From: Synechococcus sp.
Lineage (GTDB): Bacteria; Cyanobacteriota; Cyanobacteriia; Thermostichales; PCC-7336
Reading direction: 5' to 3'
NCBI GenBank assembly: GCA_051439605.1
Contig: JBFRWN010000068.1
Span: forward strand, 1-52,997
Length of the DNA: 52,997 nucleotides
How positions within the stretch are numbered: position 1 is the stretch's first letter; each line of letters starts with the position of its first letter. The notes under the pieces are model-generated. The model saw nothing but the letters and a program-made list of their open reading frames with translations, was not told the origin of the DNA and ran no database searches. The translations under genes and the position numbers were made by a program. Positions 20,345-31,627 of the stretch are shown piece by piece.

Positions 20345-20884
20345 TCAATCAAGCTTTAGGAAGGGATAACGACGCAGTTCGTTAGAATTCCAGCAGGACA
20401 TACCTGCCCAAGAGCCAATAGTTTCGACAACTACAATTGCATCTGGATCTTCGAATGTAATGTGGCCAGGATGTCCATCCTTTTCCAAAGCATCCAACAG
20501 AGCTTTATCCAAGAAATGTTCTTCATCCTGACTAGATAGGCGACCCTTGAATCCTCGCCGATGCATACGTACGTGAAACCTTTTGCCTGCTAGTTGAGTT
20601 ATCCATGTCAAAGCAATCTCTCTTGCCTTGGCTTCAAATTCTTCAGGCGATCGGAAAGTAAAGGTATGGGTGACAGGAATCACCTTTGACAGAATTGTTA
20701 GTGCACTGGGAGCTTCCTCTACACGATGCTTCAAGGTTTCCAGAAAACTGGGAATATCACCTACCTCCATCATGAACAAGTTCGTGAAGTTCGTGCGCCT
20801 GACCTTCCCAAAGCCCTCCATTAGCTTGCATGCAGGAGCGAACTCTTTTTCGTAAACAGTTACCACAACATTCCAAGCTGCCAT
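20345..20884 (-). CDS. Stand-alone THUMP-domain protein
   Basis: WNVVVTV...FHVRMHRRGFKG...ITFEDPDAIVVVET...RYPFL. Confidence 0.75.
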   Translation of the reverse strand: MAAWNVVVTVYEKEFAPACKLMEGFGKVRRTNFTNLFMMEVGDIPSFLETLKHRVEEAPSALTILSKVIPVTHTFTFRSPEEFEAKAREIALTWITQLAGKRFHVRMHRRGFKGRLSSQDEEHFLDKALLDALEKDGHPGHITFEDPDAIVVVETIGSWAGMSCWNSNELRRYPFLKLD

Positions 20885-21168
20885 CACTTTTCCCCCGACT
20901 CATCCTACTCAGAAATATTTACAATCATTGTTGCGCTTTTCGGGCTGGTGTAACTTGAGGTTACAATCCGAGAAGCATTTCTTGAGAAAACCAGCAATTT
21001 TTCCTTGGGATTTGCGATCGGCGGAGCTTGAATTTAGATACTTAGCGGTTGGTGTGTTCCAGCGCGATCGCCATACTTCTACTTGACTGTTATCCAGACA
21101 CTCACCCATGGGATTGTGGACTTACCAGCTTGACTGTTCTCAGATGAGATCTAGGTTTTGAGAGTTTC

Positions 21169-21825
21169 CTATACATAGACTTGGACGACGTTGTCAGGAG
21201 AGCTTGTCCCCAACAATAGATTGCGAAGCACCGCCGCTATCTTCTCTCCGCCCAGCTGCGAAGGTTCGATCAAAGAGAGGTCGGAGTAGTCCGATCTCTC
21301 CGTACAAATAAGTCGGAGATCGATAATGTTCACCTTTGCAGAAATTGCTTCTCGGAGGATCGCCTCGTTGAACATGGAAAGGGCTGCGTTCGTCATCGGT
21401 TCAAGATCGGGAATGCAGTCGTAGACGGTGCATATAGTCACATCTCTCTGCATCTCGATCGCTTTCTTGAGCATCCGTCGATACTGTTGACCGAATTCCG
21501 AACGAATCTGAGCAAAGCGCACAAGGACTTCTGCTACTGACTGAGCGCTTTCTGCGAGGAGGGGTAAGTAGTTCAGCGCGTCATTCCCCCCGCAGCTGAC
21601 CACGAGATGGGTTGCATCTTGAGGAATTCTGGTTAACTGTACCTCAACGTCTGCCATAACGTGACCATCTACAGCGAGCAGTGAAACTGCCCACTCCTCA
21701 GGGAGTGCGGCACGAAGCTGGTCAACGAATGCTGGCCCTTCCGGCACATACACGCCGTTGTCGAAAATGGAGTCGCCAAGTAGGACCACGTGCGACAATG
21801 CGCTTCCTCCTCGAGCCGTCCTCAT
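21169..21825 (-). CDS. SGNH/GDSL hydrolase
   Basis: LLGDSIFDN, SCGGNDAL, IEPS..GG; true start possibly TTG 21798. Confidence 0.85.
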   Translation of the reverse strand: MRTARGGSALSHVVLLGDSIFDNGVYVPEGPAFVDQLRAALPEEWAVSLLAVDGHVMADVEVQLTRIPQDATHLVVSCGGNDALNYLPLLAESAQSVAEVLVRFAQIRSEFGQQYRRMLKKAIEMQRDVTICTVYDCIPDLEPMTNAALSMFNEAILREAISAKVNIIDLRLICTERSDYSDLSLIEPSQLGGEKIAAVLRNLLLGTSSPDNVVQVYV

Positions 21826-22326
21826 AAAGCGATTTAACCCTCTAGATGCGAGTTCGGGTCAGTTTGACCCTTCTTTGCTAGCTTGAAGGTCCAGCCAAAC
21901 AAAAGCGGGCTCTGCGGGAATTGCCGGGGTTGAGCGCTACATCTAGTTTGGAGAGCAGAGTAATAGCAATAGACCGCGAACCAATACAACTTGAATGGTG
22001 AATAGGGTAGCAATTACTGGAGAGGCTTGGATTCGAGAGGATCTGACTACCTTCTAGGAATTTATTTTGATGCTGAACGACTCAATGAATTTAGTGAGAG
22101 GACTTGCAGTAGAGAGCCTTGAAACCCCAAAATTATGCGAGTGAAAGATCGTTCGAAACCTTAGTTTCTTCAACGACCGGCAAGTCACTTAGACCTTTTC
22201 TATGGCCTAAAACCTTACATGGTCTAGATCTAACTGCCTGAACTGAGAAGACCGTAGCGATAAAGCGTTGGTCGTTTGCCAAGCGTGCCCTGATGGCGCG
22301 CTGTATTCATGAGGAATTGTATCGTT

Positions 22327-24303
22327 ATGACCGCTGCTATTCGCCCTTGCTGGTCCATTCAGGATAGCAAAGCACTCTACAACCTCAAGGGTTGGGGGGC
22401 TCCTTACTTCCAGGTCAATGAATTGGGTAATGTGGAGGTGGTTACATCTGATGCAGCGATCGCAACTAAACCAGAGGTTATATCCGGGGCAGTGTCGGAC
22501 AAGTACGACTCCACTGTTGCGCTGGGGCAACCGCTAGATCTAGCCAAGTTGGTTTCCGATTTGACAAACCAAGGGCTACAGCTGCCGTTGCTAGTGCATT
22601 TTGACGATATTTTGGCCGATCGCCAGCGGCGCATCTACGAAGCATTTGCAGATGTGATTTCAGGGTGTGGCTACCCTCAGCCTTATCGCGGGCTGTATCC
22701 AGTCAAGGTGAACCAACAGCGCCACATTGTGGAGGCAGTGGCAGAATTCGGACAACGATATGGATTTGGCCTTGAGGCCGGATCGAAGCCCGAGTTGGCC
22801 ATCGCCCTAACAACTCTGCAGCCTGGTGACGGAGAAATTGTCTGCAACGGTTACAAAGATCGCAACTATATTCAGCTGGCGTTAATGGCGCAAATGCTGG
22901 GGCATCGTGCCATTGTGGTGCTTGAGAACATCCGAGAGCTTGATGTTGTGCTGCAGGTGGCAAACGAAATGCAGGTGCGCCCTTTACTGGGAGTGAGGGC
23001 CAAACTATGGGAGCGCAGCAACGGACACTGGAGTCAGTCAGTGGGGGAGCGGGCCAAATTTGGACTGAATACCGCTGCACTCTTAAGTGTGGTCGAGCGA
23101 CTGCGGCAGGAGAACCTGCTTGACTGTCTGCAATTACTCCACTTTCACATTGGCTCCCAGGTGGCAACTGTGGAAAACCACCAACGGGCGGTGCTGGAGG
23201 CAGCGCGGATTTTTGTGCATTTGGCGGACCTAGGAGCCCCCATGGCTTATCTCGATGTGGGGGGAGGATTGAGCATTGATTACAATGGCTCCAAATCTGC
23301 AGCCCATAGCTCCTGTTCCTATTCTCTGGAGGAATACGCTCGTACTATTGTGGCGACAGTCAAAGAGGTTTGCGAACGGCACCAGGTCGCAGCGCCCATT
23401 TTGATGAGCGAGAGCGGTCGCGCTACCGTCTCTCACCAATCCGTGTTGATTGTTGATGTATTGGGAATCAGTTCGGTGGGGGCGACTACCGTTCAGGTTG
23501 AGTCGGGGACAGCCGCGGTGGTGCACCGCTTGGCCCAACTGCAAGATCGTATTCCTCGGACCTCACTCCTGGCAGATTTTCGGGAGGTGGGCGAACTCAA
23601 ACATGAAGCCCTGAAACTGTTTTCCCAAGGGAATCTGAGCCTACAGGAGCGATCGCAGGTAGAGCAGCTGTATTGGAACTGCTGCCAGCGGCTGTGGGAT
23701 TGCGTGCAGAATTCTGCAGCGGACAATCCAGAAGCGATCGGCCTGAGAGAGCTAGAGCCGTTGATGGCGACGATGTATTACGGCAATTTTTCCGTGTTTC
23801 AGTCGTTGCCGGACAGTTGGGCAATCGACCAAGTATTTCCGGTCATGCCCATCCATCGATTGGACGAGGAACCCACAGAATCAGCCACACTGGTGGATCT
23901 AACCTGCGACAGCGATGGCAATCTGGATCGGTTTGTGGGGCCAGAAGGACGGATTTCTTCAGTGCTGCCACTTCATCCGCTCAATGGAGACCCCTACTGG
24001 ATTGGAGTATTTCTGACTGGTGCCTATCAAGAGATTTTGGGGGACTTGCACAACTTATTTGGAGACACCGATGTCGTTCATATCCGCCGGGAGAGCCATG
24101 GTTATCGCGTCGATCGGATGGAGCTGGGCGATCGTTTGACTGATGTGCTTGGCTACGTTCATTTTGATGGGGAGGAAATGGTAGAAAAGTTTGACACCAC
24201 GGTCGAACAGGCATGCTTGGGAGGCACTCTCACAGCTGAAGGTGCCAGTTGGTTGCGCAGGACTTTTAGAACTCAACTACAAGCAACAACCTATTTACAG
24301 TGA
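22327..24303 (+). CDS. speA: Biosynthetic arginine decarboxylase
   Basis: YPVKVNQ (PLP Lys), GLEAGSKPEL, HFHIGSQ, LDVGGGL, ESGRA, FQSLPDSWAIDQ, TCDSDG, GAYQEILGDLHNLFG. Confidence 0.95.
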   Translation: MTAAIRPCWSIQDSKALYNLKGWGAPYFQVNELGNVEVVTSDAAIATKPEVISGAVSDKYDSTVALGQPLDLAKLVSDLTNQGLQLPLLVHFDDILADRQRRIYEAFADVISGCGYPQPYRGLYPVKVNQQRHIVEAVAEFGQRYGFGLEAGSKPELAIALTTLQPGDGEIVCNGYKDRNYIQLALMAQMLGHRAIVVLENIRELDVVLQVANEMQVRPLLGVRAKLWERSNGHWSQSVGERAKFGLNTAALLSVVERLRQENLLDCLQLLHFHIGSQVATVENHQRAVLEAARIFVHLADLGAPMAYLDVGGGLSIDYNGSKSAAHSSCSYSLEEYARTIVATVKEVCERHQVAAPILMSESGRATVSHQSVLIVDVLGISSVGATTVQVESGTAAVVHRLAQLQDRIPRTSLLADFREVGELKHEALKLFSQGNLSLQERSQVEQLYWNCCQRLWDCVQNSAADNPEAIGLRELEPLMATMYYGNFSVFQSLPDSWAIDQVFPVMPIHRLDEEPTESATLVDLTCDSDGNLDRFVGPEGRISSVLPLHPLNGDPYWIGVFLTGAYQEILGDLHNLFGDTDVVHIRRESHGYRVDRMELGDRLTDVLGYVHFDGEEMVEKFDTTVEQACLGGTLTAEGASWLRRTFRTQLQATTYLQ

Positions 24304-24908
24304 GAGTTGCTGCTTGCATCACTGGATAGTGGGTCGAGTGCCTTACCCCATCCGGCAGATATCTTATTCTGCAGAAAAAATCTTGGTAGAGTTCTCGCGA
24401 TTTAACAATGGGTACATTGCCCAGAAAGCCTTGCCAACTAAACTGCTTTGGGCATATCGGTTGGAAACTCAGGGGTATTTTAGATCCAAGCAATAAAATT
24501 TGCTTTAAATTTATCACTAAAGCCCTCAATGTGGGACAATAAATTAAACGATTTAATAGTTATGTTTACGTAAAAGTTGAACTAGATGGCACTAACAAGT
24601 CTAGGAATGTTACACAACTTAAGCTGGGGACGTGTAAAAATATAATTCGCGTTCTCGTCAATTTAGAATGAAATGAACCTGGTTGAAACCCGGACTTAAT
24701 GAAGCGCATATTGAGGCAGCTTTGTCCCTTATTTTCATAGGTTTTGAGCCGACAGATATATTACACCTCTCTCTTGAAGAACCTAGAACAGAGACATTGT
24801 AGAAGATTGCGATCGGTGCCCAGATCCGCAACTTATTTTCAAACAATTTACAGAAGGAAATAAACTACAATATCCCTTAAACATCTGATTGCTGGAGATT
24901 GGGCTGAT

Positions 24909-26765
24909 ATGGATATCCCCGCGCAGCGTAAGCAATTGGTCGTAGATTACGAGGCAGGGAAGCGTGACTTTAGCAGGATCGAGCTCAGCCAGGTTGACCT
25001 CAGTGAGGTAAATTTCAGCGAAGCCAACTTTAGCGGTTCGGATTTAACAAATGCGAATTTAACGGCGGCCATTCTGAACAAGGTCAACTTTATGGGAACC
25101 TGTCTGGAACGGGCCACCCTCACCAACTCGAGTCTATCTGAGGCAAATTTTCAAGGAGCGGATTTGGGGGGGGCAAACCTTGAAGGTAGCAATCTTGCTG
25201 GGGCAACTTTGAGTCGCTCGAATTTGGACGGAGCCAATCTGATGGCCAGCAATCTTAGCAGAGTGGACTTGGCACAGGCGTCTTTAGAAGGAACCAGCCT
25301 CGAGCAGGTCGATCTTGCTAATGCCAATTTGGAGCAAACCAACCTTAAAAGCGCTAATCTCACCGATGCCAATTTGATGGGGACGAATCTAGGTACAGCT
25401 CTGCTGGAGGATGCAATTTACAGTGAAGACACTCAATTTCCCGATCTCTTCGATCCGGTAGCTGCCGGCATGCGAAAAGCTGCTGTGGATTCGCGGGTTG
25501 CTGGAACTGTACTCGAACAATACAACGACGGGAAGCGGGATTTCCGACGCATCAATCTCAGCAGAATTCAGATGCATCAGGCCAATCTCAGTGAAGCCGA
25601 TTTAACTGCTGCAGATTTGAGCGAAGCAGATTTAGCTGCCACCAATTTGAGTAAAGCTGTTTTAAGAGGCACGATATTCAATAGTTCTAACTTGAAAGAC
25701 GCCAATTTAACTCAGGCAGATCTGCGGGGGGCAAGTTTAGAGAATAGTCGGCTCATCAACGCTATTCTCGAAGGAGTCAATCTGGGTAGGGCGGACTTGA
25801 GTTCAGCCAATCTATTCGCTGCCCGGTTGGCTCGAGCGAATTTCGAGCAAGCCTCTTTAATGGGAGCTGTTCTCACTCGTGCAGATATCTCGGATGCCAA
25901 TCTGGTCCAGGCCAACCTCAGCCAAGCCAATTTAGAGGAAGCCAATTTGTGCGGGACTAACCTTAAGGGGGCCAATCTTATTCATGCCAATTTAAAAGGT
26001 GCCATTTACAACAAAGACACGCAGTTCCCAATAAAGTTCGACCCTGCTAGGGAAGGTATGACAGTCAGAGATTGGAGTCAACCCCAGCTCACTCAAGCCA
26101 ATGTCTTAGATACCAACACTTATCAAACGGAGTCAACACAGAGCAACATCAATCAAATTGCCATGAGGGAAGACCTCAAAGGCCGAAGCTCTGATTTGCC
26201 GACTAGCACGGCATCGAATGCAAAGGTCCAGCAAAATCCCTCTGTCTTGAATCTAGAGGTTAGACTCGATATCTCAAAGCTAAGCAGATTATTAGCTGAG
26301 GAATCTTGGGAAGATGCCAGTGTTGAGACAATGAAGCTGTTATTAGCTTCATGTCGTCAGCAAAATGGAAGGTTGGACAAGCAAGCAATTGCGGCCATTC
26401 CCTCAGAGATTATTCGGGCGATTGATAACTTGTGGAGCGAATTTTCCCATGGGAGATTTAGCTTTCAGGTTCAGGTGAAATTGCTTGAGGATTTAAGGCG
26501 CGGCAATCCTTTTAATGGGTTTGAAGAAATTTTCAGACTTTTTTTAGAGCGGGTTCGATGGAAACTGGTCCACTACAGAACTTCCTACCTTGTTAAGGTT
26601 GAGCGTGGGGATACTTGGGTTAAAGGCCAATTTCCTGTCTATTTAAAACATTTTCTCGACAGAAAAAATCTAGGTTTAGCCTATGCCCCTAACCTAGAAG
26701 ATTTAAATTGCTTTTGGACACACTTAAGGGAATGCTTCGTCGAAACAGAAGAGCGTGAGAAATGA
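24909..26765 (+). CDS. Pentapeptide-repeat protein with C-terminal GUN4-like domain
   Basis: Two A(N/D)Lxx blocks, each capped by Y..G.RDF and IY..DTQFP..FDP; C-terminal LSRLLAEESWEDA..ET...IDNLWSEFSHGRFSFQVQ. Confidence 0.88.
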   Translation: MDIPAQRKQLVVDYEAGKRDFSRIELSQVDLSEVNFSEANFSGSDLTNANLTAAILNKVNFMGTCLERATLTNSSLSEANFQGADLGGANLEGSNLAGATLSRSNLDGANLMASNLSRVDLAQASLEGTSLEQVDLANANLEQTNLKSANLTDANLMGTNLGTALLEDAIYSEDTQFPDLFDPVAAGMRKAAVDSRVAGTVLEQYNDGKRDFRRINLSRIQMHQANLSEADLTAADLSEADLAATNLSKAVLRGTIFNSSNLKDANLTQADLRGASLENSRLINAILEGVNLGRADLSSANLFAARLARANFEQASLMGAVLTRADISDANLVQANLSQANLEEANLCGTNLKGANLIHANLKGAIYNKDTQFPIKFDPAREGMTVRDWSQPQLTQANVLDTNTYQTESTQSNINQIAMREDLKGRSSDLPTSTASNAKVQQNPSVLNLEVRLDISKLSRLLAEESWEDASVETMKLLLASCRQQNGRLDKQAIAAIPSEIIRAIDNLWSEFSHGRFSFQVQVKLLEDLRRGNPFNGFEEIFRLFLERVRWKLVHYRTSYLVKVERGDTWVKGQFPVYLKHFLDRKNLGLAYAPNLEDLNCFWTHLRECFVETEEREK

Positions 26766-26872
26766 CAGATAATCTAGGCCTGTATTTTAACGCTATTTAA
26801 CAAGAATAATTATCTTACTTATAATCTGGATTTGATGCTGCTAATCTTAACCAATTTGACTGGATTTAAGCA

Positions 26873-28897
26873 ATGCTAGATTCGACTTCTGGAAACGATA
26901 TATTCGAAAAACAAATCAAGTCTGTTAGCGATCTTTTAGAACATTACGGCTCGGGGGTGCGTAATTTTAAAAGAGTTGCCTTGAATCAAGCCAGCTTTAG
27001 CAACGTAGCCCTAGCCAAAGCTGATTTCAGTAATTCAAGTCTTAAAAATGTGAAATTAGATCGCGTCGATCTGAGGCAAGCAATTTTCCGAGGTGCAGAC
27101 CTTGGTCGCAGTATAATTTCAAGCTCTAATCTTTCACGTGCCAATCTTCAAGGCGTTAATTTAGAGCATGCAAGCATTAATGATGCCAATCTGCGGAATG
27201 CGAACTTAGTTAGAGCGAATCTAAGTCAAGCATCGCTTCGCACTAACAATCTACAGGGAGCCAATCTAGAGCAAGCTTTATTGAAGGGAGCAGATCTAGC
27301 AGAAACAAATCTGCAGGATGCCAACTTGACGCAAGCAAATTTGGCTAAAGCCAACTTGGTAGGAACCAATCTGAAAGCCGTTAATCTAGATCGAACAATT
27401 TTGACAGATGCCCTCTACAGCGTAACCACTCGTTTTCCAAAGGGTTTCGATCCGGTTGAGGCTGGCATGAAAATGCCTGAGACTGACATTAGTTCTAGCG
27501 AACAGTTGCTCAGTAGATATCAATTGGGGGAGCGAAATTTTAAAAGAATTTCGTTGACAGGAGCCTTTTTGGGTAAGGCTGACTTACGTGGAGCTGACTT
27601 TAGCGGGGCTGACTTAACAAAAGCGGATTTTCGTTATGCCAATTTGCAAGGGGTCATTCTTAAAGGTGCCAATCTAGGCTATTCCCTGTTGATGGGGGCG
27701 AATCTCGCAGGAGTTGACTTACGTGGAGCAAACTTAAGTCACATTCAATTTAAACAGGGCAGTTTAGCTGGTGCAAAATTGGGCAGGGCAAATTTTAGAG
27801 GGGCAAACCTTGCTAATACTGACTTAAGCGGAGCGAGTCTGGAGCAAGCCTCGTTGAGGGGGACAAATCTCAGTGACACAACCCTCAGTCTTGCTAACCT
27901 CAGCAATGCGAACTTGGCTGAGGCCAACCTGACTCGGGCTAACTTGACTCAAGTGAATCTTTGTGGAGCGGAAGTCAATGTCGCAACTCTTGATAAAGCT
28001 ATCTTTAAGGATGCGCTCTATGACAGCAACACCTCTTGGCCACGTTGGTTCGATCCGGTTAGCGTAGGTGGAAAATCGGTCGACCGATCCTACGGAGATA
28101 CGGTCAAACAGACTATTGCGTCCTCAGTTTCACCTGTGCCGCCCATCCAAAATCGTTCCTCTGACAGGACTATTCGCTTTCCTGCTGGGCATATGAGAAT
28201 CGGTAACCTTTCAAAAGGTTCTTTCTTTGCAAAACCTGCCATCTACCTACCGTTTGTCTTGTTCTCTGCTGCAATACTGGGTGGAGGAGGCTACTCTATC
28301 TCTAGAATTCTGCAGAGTGGGTCTACTTTTGAGTCTGATTTTTCAGTTCCCTCACCTGACATATTTCTGGGGGAATCAGACGGAGTACCTTCATCCATCA
28401 ATATCGTTTTCGGAAATCAACCACCAGAAGAAATTGCAGATGAGTTACTACAGAAAAAAATGTTGGCAGAGATTGGCAATCGTCAGATAGGAGACACCGA
28501 TGAGTTGCTCGATACAATTGCCGTTGCAGGTCCTGCAGTCTCGATCGCTGAACCACAGAAGCCCACACCTGAAGCAGAAGCTGCTTTCGCTCAGCAAGCT
28601 CGCGAGTCCTTCGCTCGAAATGATTGGTTGGGGACGGTAGAGGCAGTCAGTCAGATTGAAACCCCCGCTATTGTCGAATCTCTTTTGCCTATGGTCGATC
28701 GGGCTTATCACAATCTTGCCCATGAAGCAGAAGATCGAGGGGAATGGCAAATAGCACTTGACTACGCAAACCGAACCATTACCGAAGAAGGCAAAATTCA
28801 GACTGCACCGATGGTGCAAAGACTTGAAGCGGCGATCGCAGAACTCTCTCAATCAGGAAGCAGGGCACCGGTTGTTAACGATCGGGGAATAGAGTGA
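26873..28897 (+). CDS. Pentapeptide-repeat membrane protein
   Basis: Same two-block architecture as the upstream gene, then a TM segment (IYLPFVLFSAAILGGGGYSI) and a helical C-terminus. Confidence 0.88.
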   Translation: MLDSTSGNDIFEKQIKSVSDLLEHYGSGVRNFKRVALNQASFSNVALAKADFSNSSLKNVKLDRVDLRQAIFRGADLGRSIISSSNLSRANLQGVNLEHASINDANLRNANLVRANLSQASLRTNNLQGANLEQALLKGADLAETNLQDANLTQANLAKANLVGTNLKAVNLDRTILTDALYSVTTRFPKGFDPVEAGMKMPETDISSSEQLLSRYQLGERNFKRISLTGAFLGKADLRGADFSGADLTKADFRYANLQGVILKGANLGYSLLMGANLAGVDLRGANLSHIQFKQGSLAGAKLGRANFRGANLANTDLSGASLEQASLRGTNLSDTTLSLANLSNANLAEANLTRANLTQVNLCGAEVNVATLDKAIFKDALYDSNTSWPRWFDPVSVGGKSVDRSYGDTVKQTIASSVSPVPPIQNRSSDRTIRFPAGHMRIGNLSKGSFFAKPAIYLPFVLFSAAILGGGGYSISRILQSGSTFESDFSVPSPDIFLGESDGVPSSINIVFGNQPPEEIADELLQKKMLAEIGNRQIGDTDELLDTIAVAGPAVSIAEPQKPTPEAEAAFAQQARESFARNDWLGTVEAVSQIETPAIVESLLPMVDRAYHNLAHEAEDRGEWQIALDYANRTITEEGKIQTAPMVQRLEAAIAELSQSGSRAPVVNDRGIE

Positions 28898-28941
28898 CGA
28901 TTGAAAGGCGATCGCAAACCTGGTTTATGGCCGAAAGCTGA

Positions 28942-29337
28942 TTACCCTCCCTCCTGGCGCTTGCGCTCCGCTTCCTGCTGTTCTTTAATTTTTAATTCGT
29001 AAGCTTCGTTATCCAGTTGCCCAAGCCGAAAAATTCCCAGACCCGCACAAGTAAGAACTGAATAGGAAATCGCCCAGCTGGGGCTGGTGAAGGTCTCCCA
29101 TAGCACTTCAGCGGTGGTCCCTGCAGCCAAAAATGGCAAGGTACTGGCGAGGGAGGCAAGTGCTTCTGGGATCGCGCGGGCAGTGCGATCGATCCAGCGG
29201 TTAATCCAGCGTCCGCAAATCAGATAGAACCCCAGCGTCCAAAAGGATACGCCCACCAACGTGGCGGGATTGAACCAAGAGGCAAGCCATTCGGGAGCTG
29301 CAATCATCATGCCACACCTATTGTAAAGAAACTTCAT
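28942..29337 (-). CDS. Small membrane protein of cyanobacterial type
   Basis: GVSFWTLGFYL...ASTLPFLAAG...SWAIS...GIFRLGQLD; start probably 29310 or 29307. Confidence 0.7.
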   Translation of the reverse strand: MKFLYNRCGMMIAAPEWLASWFNPATLVGVSFWTLGFYLICGRWINRWIDRTARAIPEALASLASTLPFLAAGTTAEVLWETFTSPSWAISYSVLTCAGLGIFRLGQLDNEAYELKIKEQQEAERKRQEGG

Positions 29338-29508
29338 CCTTCCACATCATACGGAGCCAATCAAGTTGGCGTCAGCTTAATTTTGAACGGGGCAGAGGAA
29401 TGGTGGGGGTGAGACCGAAGGAAACGTCGCAGCCATACTATTCTTGAATACAATTGCGCCATGCTCTTCGGTGAGGATAGCAGTTCGAGAGGATGCTAGA
29501 TCGAAAAG

Positions 29509-30336
29509 ATGGTAACCCCCATAAATGCAGACTTTGATAATACAAAGCACGAACTAGTCCGGCAGCCTTTGGTGTCATTGCGAGGTATTACCAAGCAATT
29601 TGGAGATCGCAAGGTCCTCAACAATCTAAACCTAGACATATACGAAAATGAAGCCCTGGCAGTCGTTGGACCATCGGGAACGGGAAAATCAACCGTTTTG
29701 AAGATTTTGGCAGGGCTGTTGCAAGCGGATGAGGGAACAATCCAATGGCGGGGGCACCCAAAGGTATTGGCGGAGACAGTGGACCGAGTGCCGGACCATT
29801 TGGGGATGGTGTTTCAGAACTCGGCCCTATTTGATTCTCTGACGGTGGACGAGAATGTAGGGTTCTTGTTGTATCAGCATTCTCAATTGCCACGATCTCG
29901 AGTACGTAAGCTGGTGAACGAGAAGTTAGCAGCCGTGGGACTACCTGGAATTGGCGACCGTTTTCCAGCCCAGCTATCGGGGGGGATGCGCAAGCGGGTC
30001 AGTTTTGCTCGGGCCATTATGGAGGATCCGGAAGATCTGGAAGACGATCCGTTTATTTTGCTGTACGACGAGCCGACGGCAGGCCTCGACCCCATTGCCT
30101 CAACCATGATTGAGGACCTAATTCGAGCTCTGCAACAAAAGATTTGCAATACTTACGTCATTGTCACTCACCAGGACAGCACTATCCGCCGTACCGCCGA
30201 TCGCATCGTTTTGCTTGCCGGGGGGAGAGTATGTTGGGACGGAGAAGCATCCGATCTCGATCGGTCCGATAATCCCTACGTTCGCCAGTTTATGAGTGGG
30301 GAGCTGGATGGCCCCATTCAAGTGGGCGTTGGATAG
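29509..30336 (+). CDS. mlaF: MlaF/TGD3-like lipid transport ABC ATPase
   Basis: GPSGTGKS, VFQNSALFDSLTV, LSGGMRKRV, YDEPTAGLDP; adjacent to an MCE gene. Confidence 0.9.
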   Translation: MVTPINADFDNTKHELVRQPLVSLRGITKQFGDRKVLNNLNLDIYENEALAVVGPSGTGKSTVLKILAGLLQADEGTIQWRGHPKVLAETVDRVPDHLGMVFQNSALFDSLTVDENVGFLLYQHSQLPRSRVRKLVNEKLAAVGLPGIGDRFPAQLSGGMRKRVSFARAIMEDPEDLEDDPFILLYDEPTAGLDPIASTMIEDLIRALQQKICNTYVIVTHQDSTIRRTADRIVLLAGGRVCWDGEASDLDRSDNPYVRQFMSGELDGPIQVGVG

Positions 30337-30437
30337 AAAAGCTGGACAGCTGAGAATGCTGAGGATAGGACAGTTGGGGGTGCCAAGTTGGCCGCAGCAC
30401 AACTTAAAAAATCTGCAACCGATAGGAGAAGAATGAG

Positions 30438-31613
30438 ATGCGTTCGCGACTGTTGCGGGAAGGAAGCCTGGGGCTACTTATCTTAGGAGGAATATTAGGA
30501 CTATCCGGACTGTTTTTCTGGATTATGAATTTTCGTGTCGGGGAGCAAAGCTATCGTTTTACCGTCAAATTTGACGATGCGGGGGGGCTGTTAGATGGAG
30601 CTGCCGTGCGCTTGCGGGGGGTAAATGTCGGTCGGATTGACGATATTCACACCAAAGTGGATGCGGTAGAGGTTCGAGTGTCTATTGATAGCTCCAAGAT
30701 TCTCATCCCGGTCGATTCCCAATTCACATCCACCCAAACCGGGCTGATTGGCCAAACCACCCTAGATATAATCCCGAGCGAAACTAGTGCGAGCAGCACC
30801 ACAGACGAAAGAAATGTCGCTGGACCGCTGGATAAAGATTGCGATGGGGAAATGATCGTATGCGATCGCGCAATAGTGCAGGGGGATGTAGGGGTCAGCT
30901 ACAGTCAATTGGTGAAGCGGGTGGACGGATTGCTATCTAGTATTGGTGACGGTGAATTGACCAGCAATCTCAATTCTGTGGCTGCCAGCGTGACAGAAGT
31001 TGCCAACAGTGTTGCCGAGCTATCGAACGCGATTCAGGAAGACCTAGATTTTGAAGCGATTTCGGGGGCAGTATCTTCGATTCAGCTGGCCGCTGATAGC
31101 CTACATGAGTTAGTAGAGGAAAACCAGGCTACTCTGACCTCTACTCTAGGAAGTTTGCAGGTCTTTTCACAGGATGCTAGTGAAATTTCTGCAGCACTCA
31201 AACCTCTGATTGTGGAGGGGAATTTTGTCCGGGATCTAGGCACGTTCACATCGCAGGCGGCGATCGCCTCTGAAAGTGCGTTGGCTGTCACCGAGGATTT
31301 AAAGGCTATCACCGCAAGCCTCAACGATCCCGATCTAGTCTTGACCTTTCGGACCACCCTCGATTCCGCCCGCGTCACGTTTGAAAATGCCGAGAAAATT
31401 ACCACTGACTTAGATGTGCTGACTGGAGATTTGGAGTTTCTCGAGAGTGTGAAAAGTCTAGTGCTCGGACTGGATGGACTGGTGTCTCATCAACCTCAAA
31501 TTGGGCATCGTCAACTGCTGTTAGTGGACGATCGGGAGATGAATTGGCAGCGTGCAAAGTTTGGCTTTACCCCTGTGAAAGCGTTTGGATCTGAGTTAGG
31601 GACTGGATTTTGA
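30438..31613 (+). CDS. mlaD: MlaD/Ycf22/TGD2-like MCE-domain protein
   Basis: REGSLGL TM anchor, FDDAGGL..GAAVRLRGVNVG, GLIG, helical tail. Confidence 0.9.
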   Translation: MRSRLLREGSLGLLILGGILGLSGLFFWIMNFRVGEQSYRFTVKFDDAGGLLDGAAVRLRGVNVGRIDDIHTKVDAVEVRVSIDSSKILIPVDSQFTSTQTGLIGQTTLDIIPSETSASSTTDERNVAGPLDKDCDGEMIVCDRAIVQGDVGVSYSQLVKRVDGLLSSIGDGELTSNLNSVAASVTEVANSVAELSNAIQEDLDFEAISGAVSSIQLAADSLHELVEENQATLTSTLGSLQVFSQDASEISAALKPLIVEGNFVRDLGTFTSQAAIASESALAVTEDLKAITASLNDPDLVLTFRTTLDSARVTFENAEKITTDLDVLTGDLEFLESVKSLVLGLDGLVSHQPQIGHRQLLLVDDREMNWQRAKFGFTPVKAFGSELGTGF

Positions 31614-31627
31614 ATGCCCCCCCAATC

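Noticed and set aside
20950..20966. Palindrome TGTAAC-TTGAG-GTTACA as an NtcA site
   Set aside because: Spacing is GTA-N9-TAC rather than N8; it may bind another factor, but there is no support.
5838..24303. metK plus speA as a polyamine biosynthesis cluster
   Set aside because: They are 15 kb apart with unrelated genes between, and no speB/speD/speE is present.
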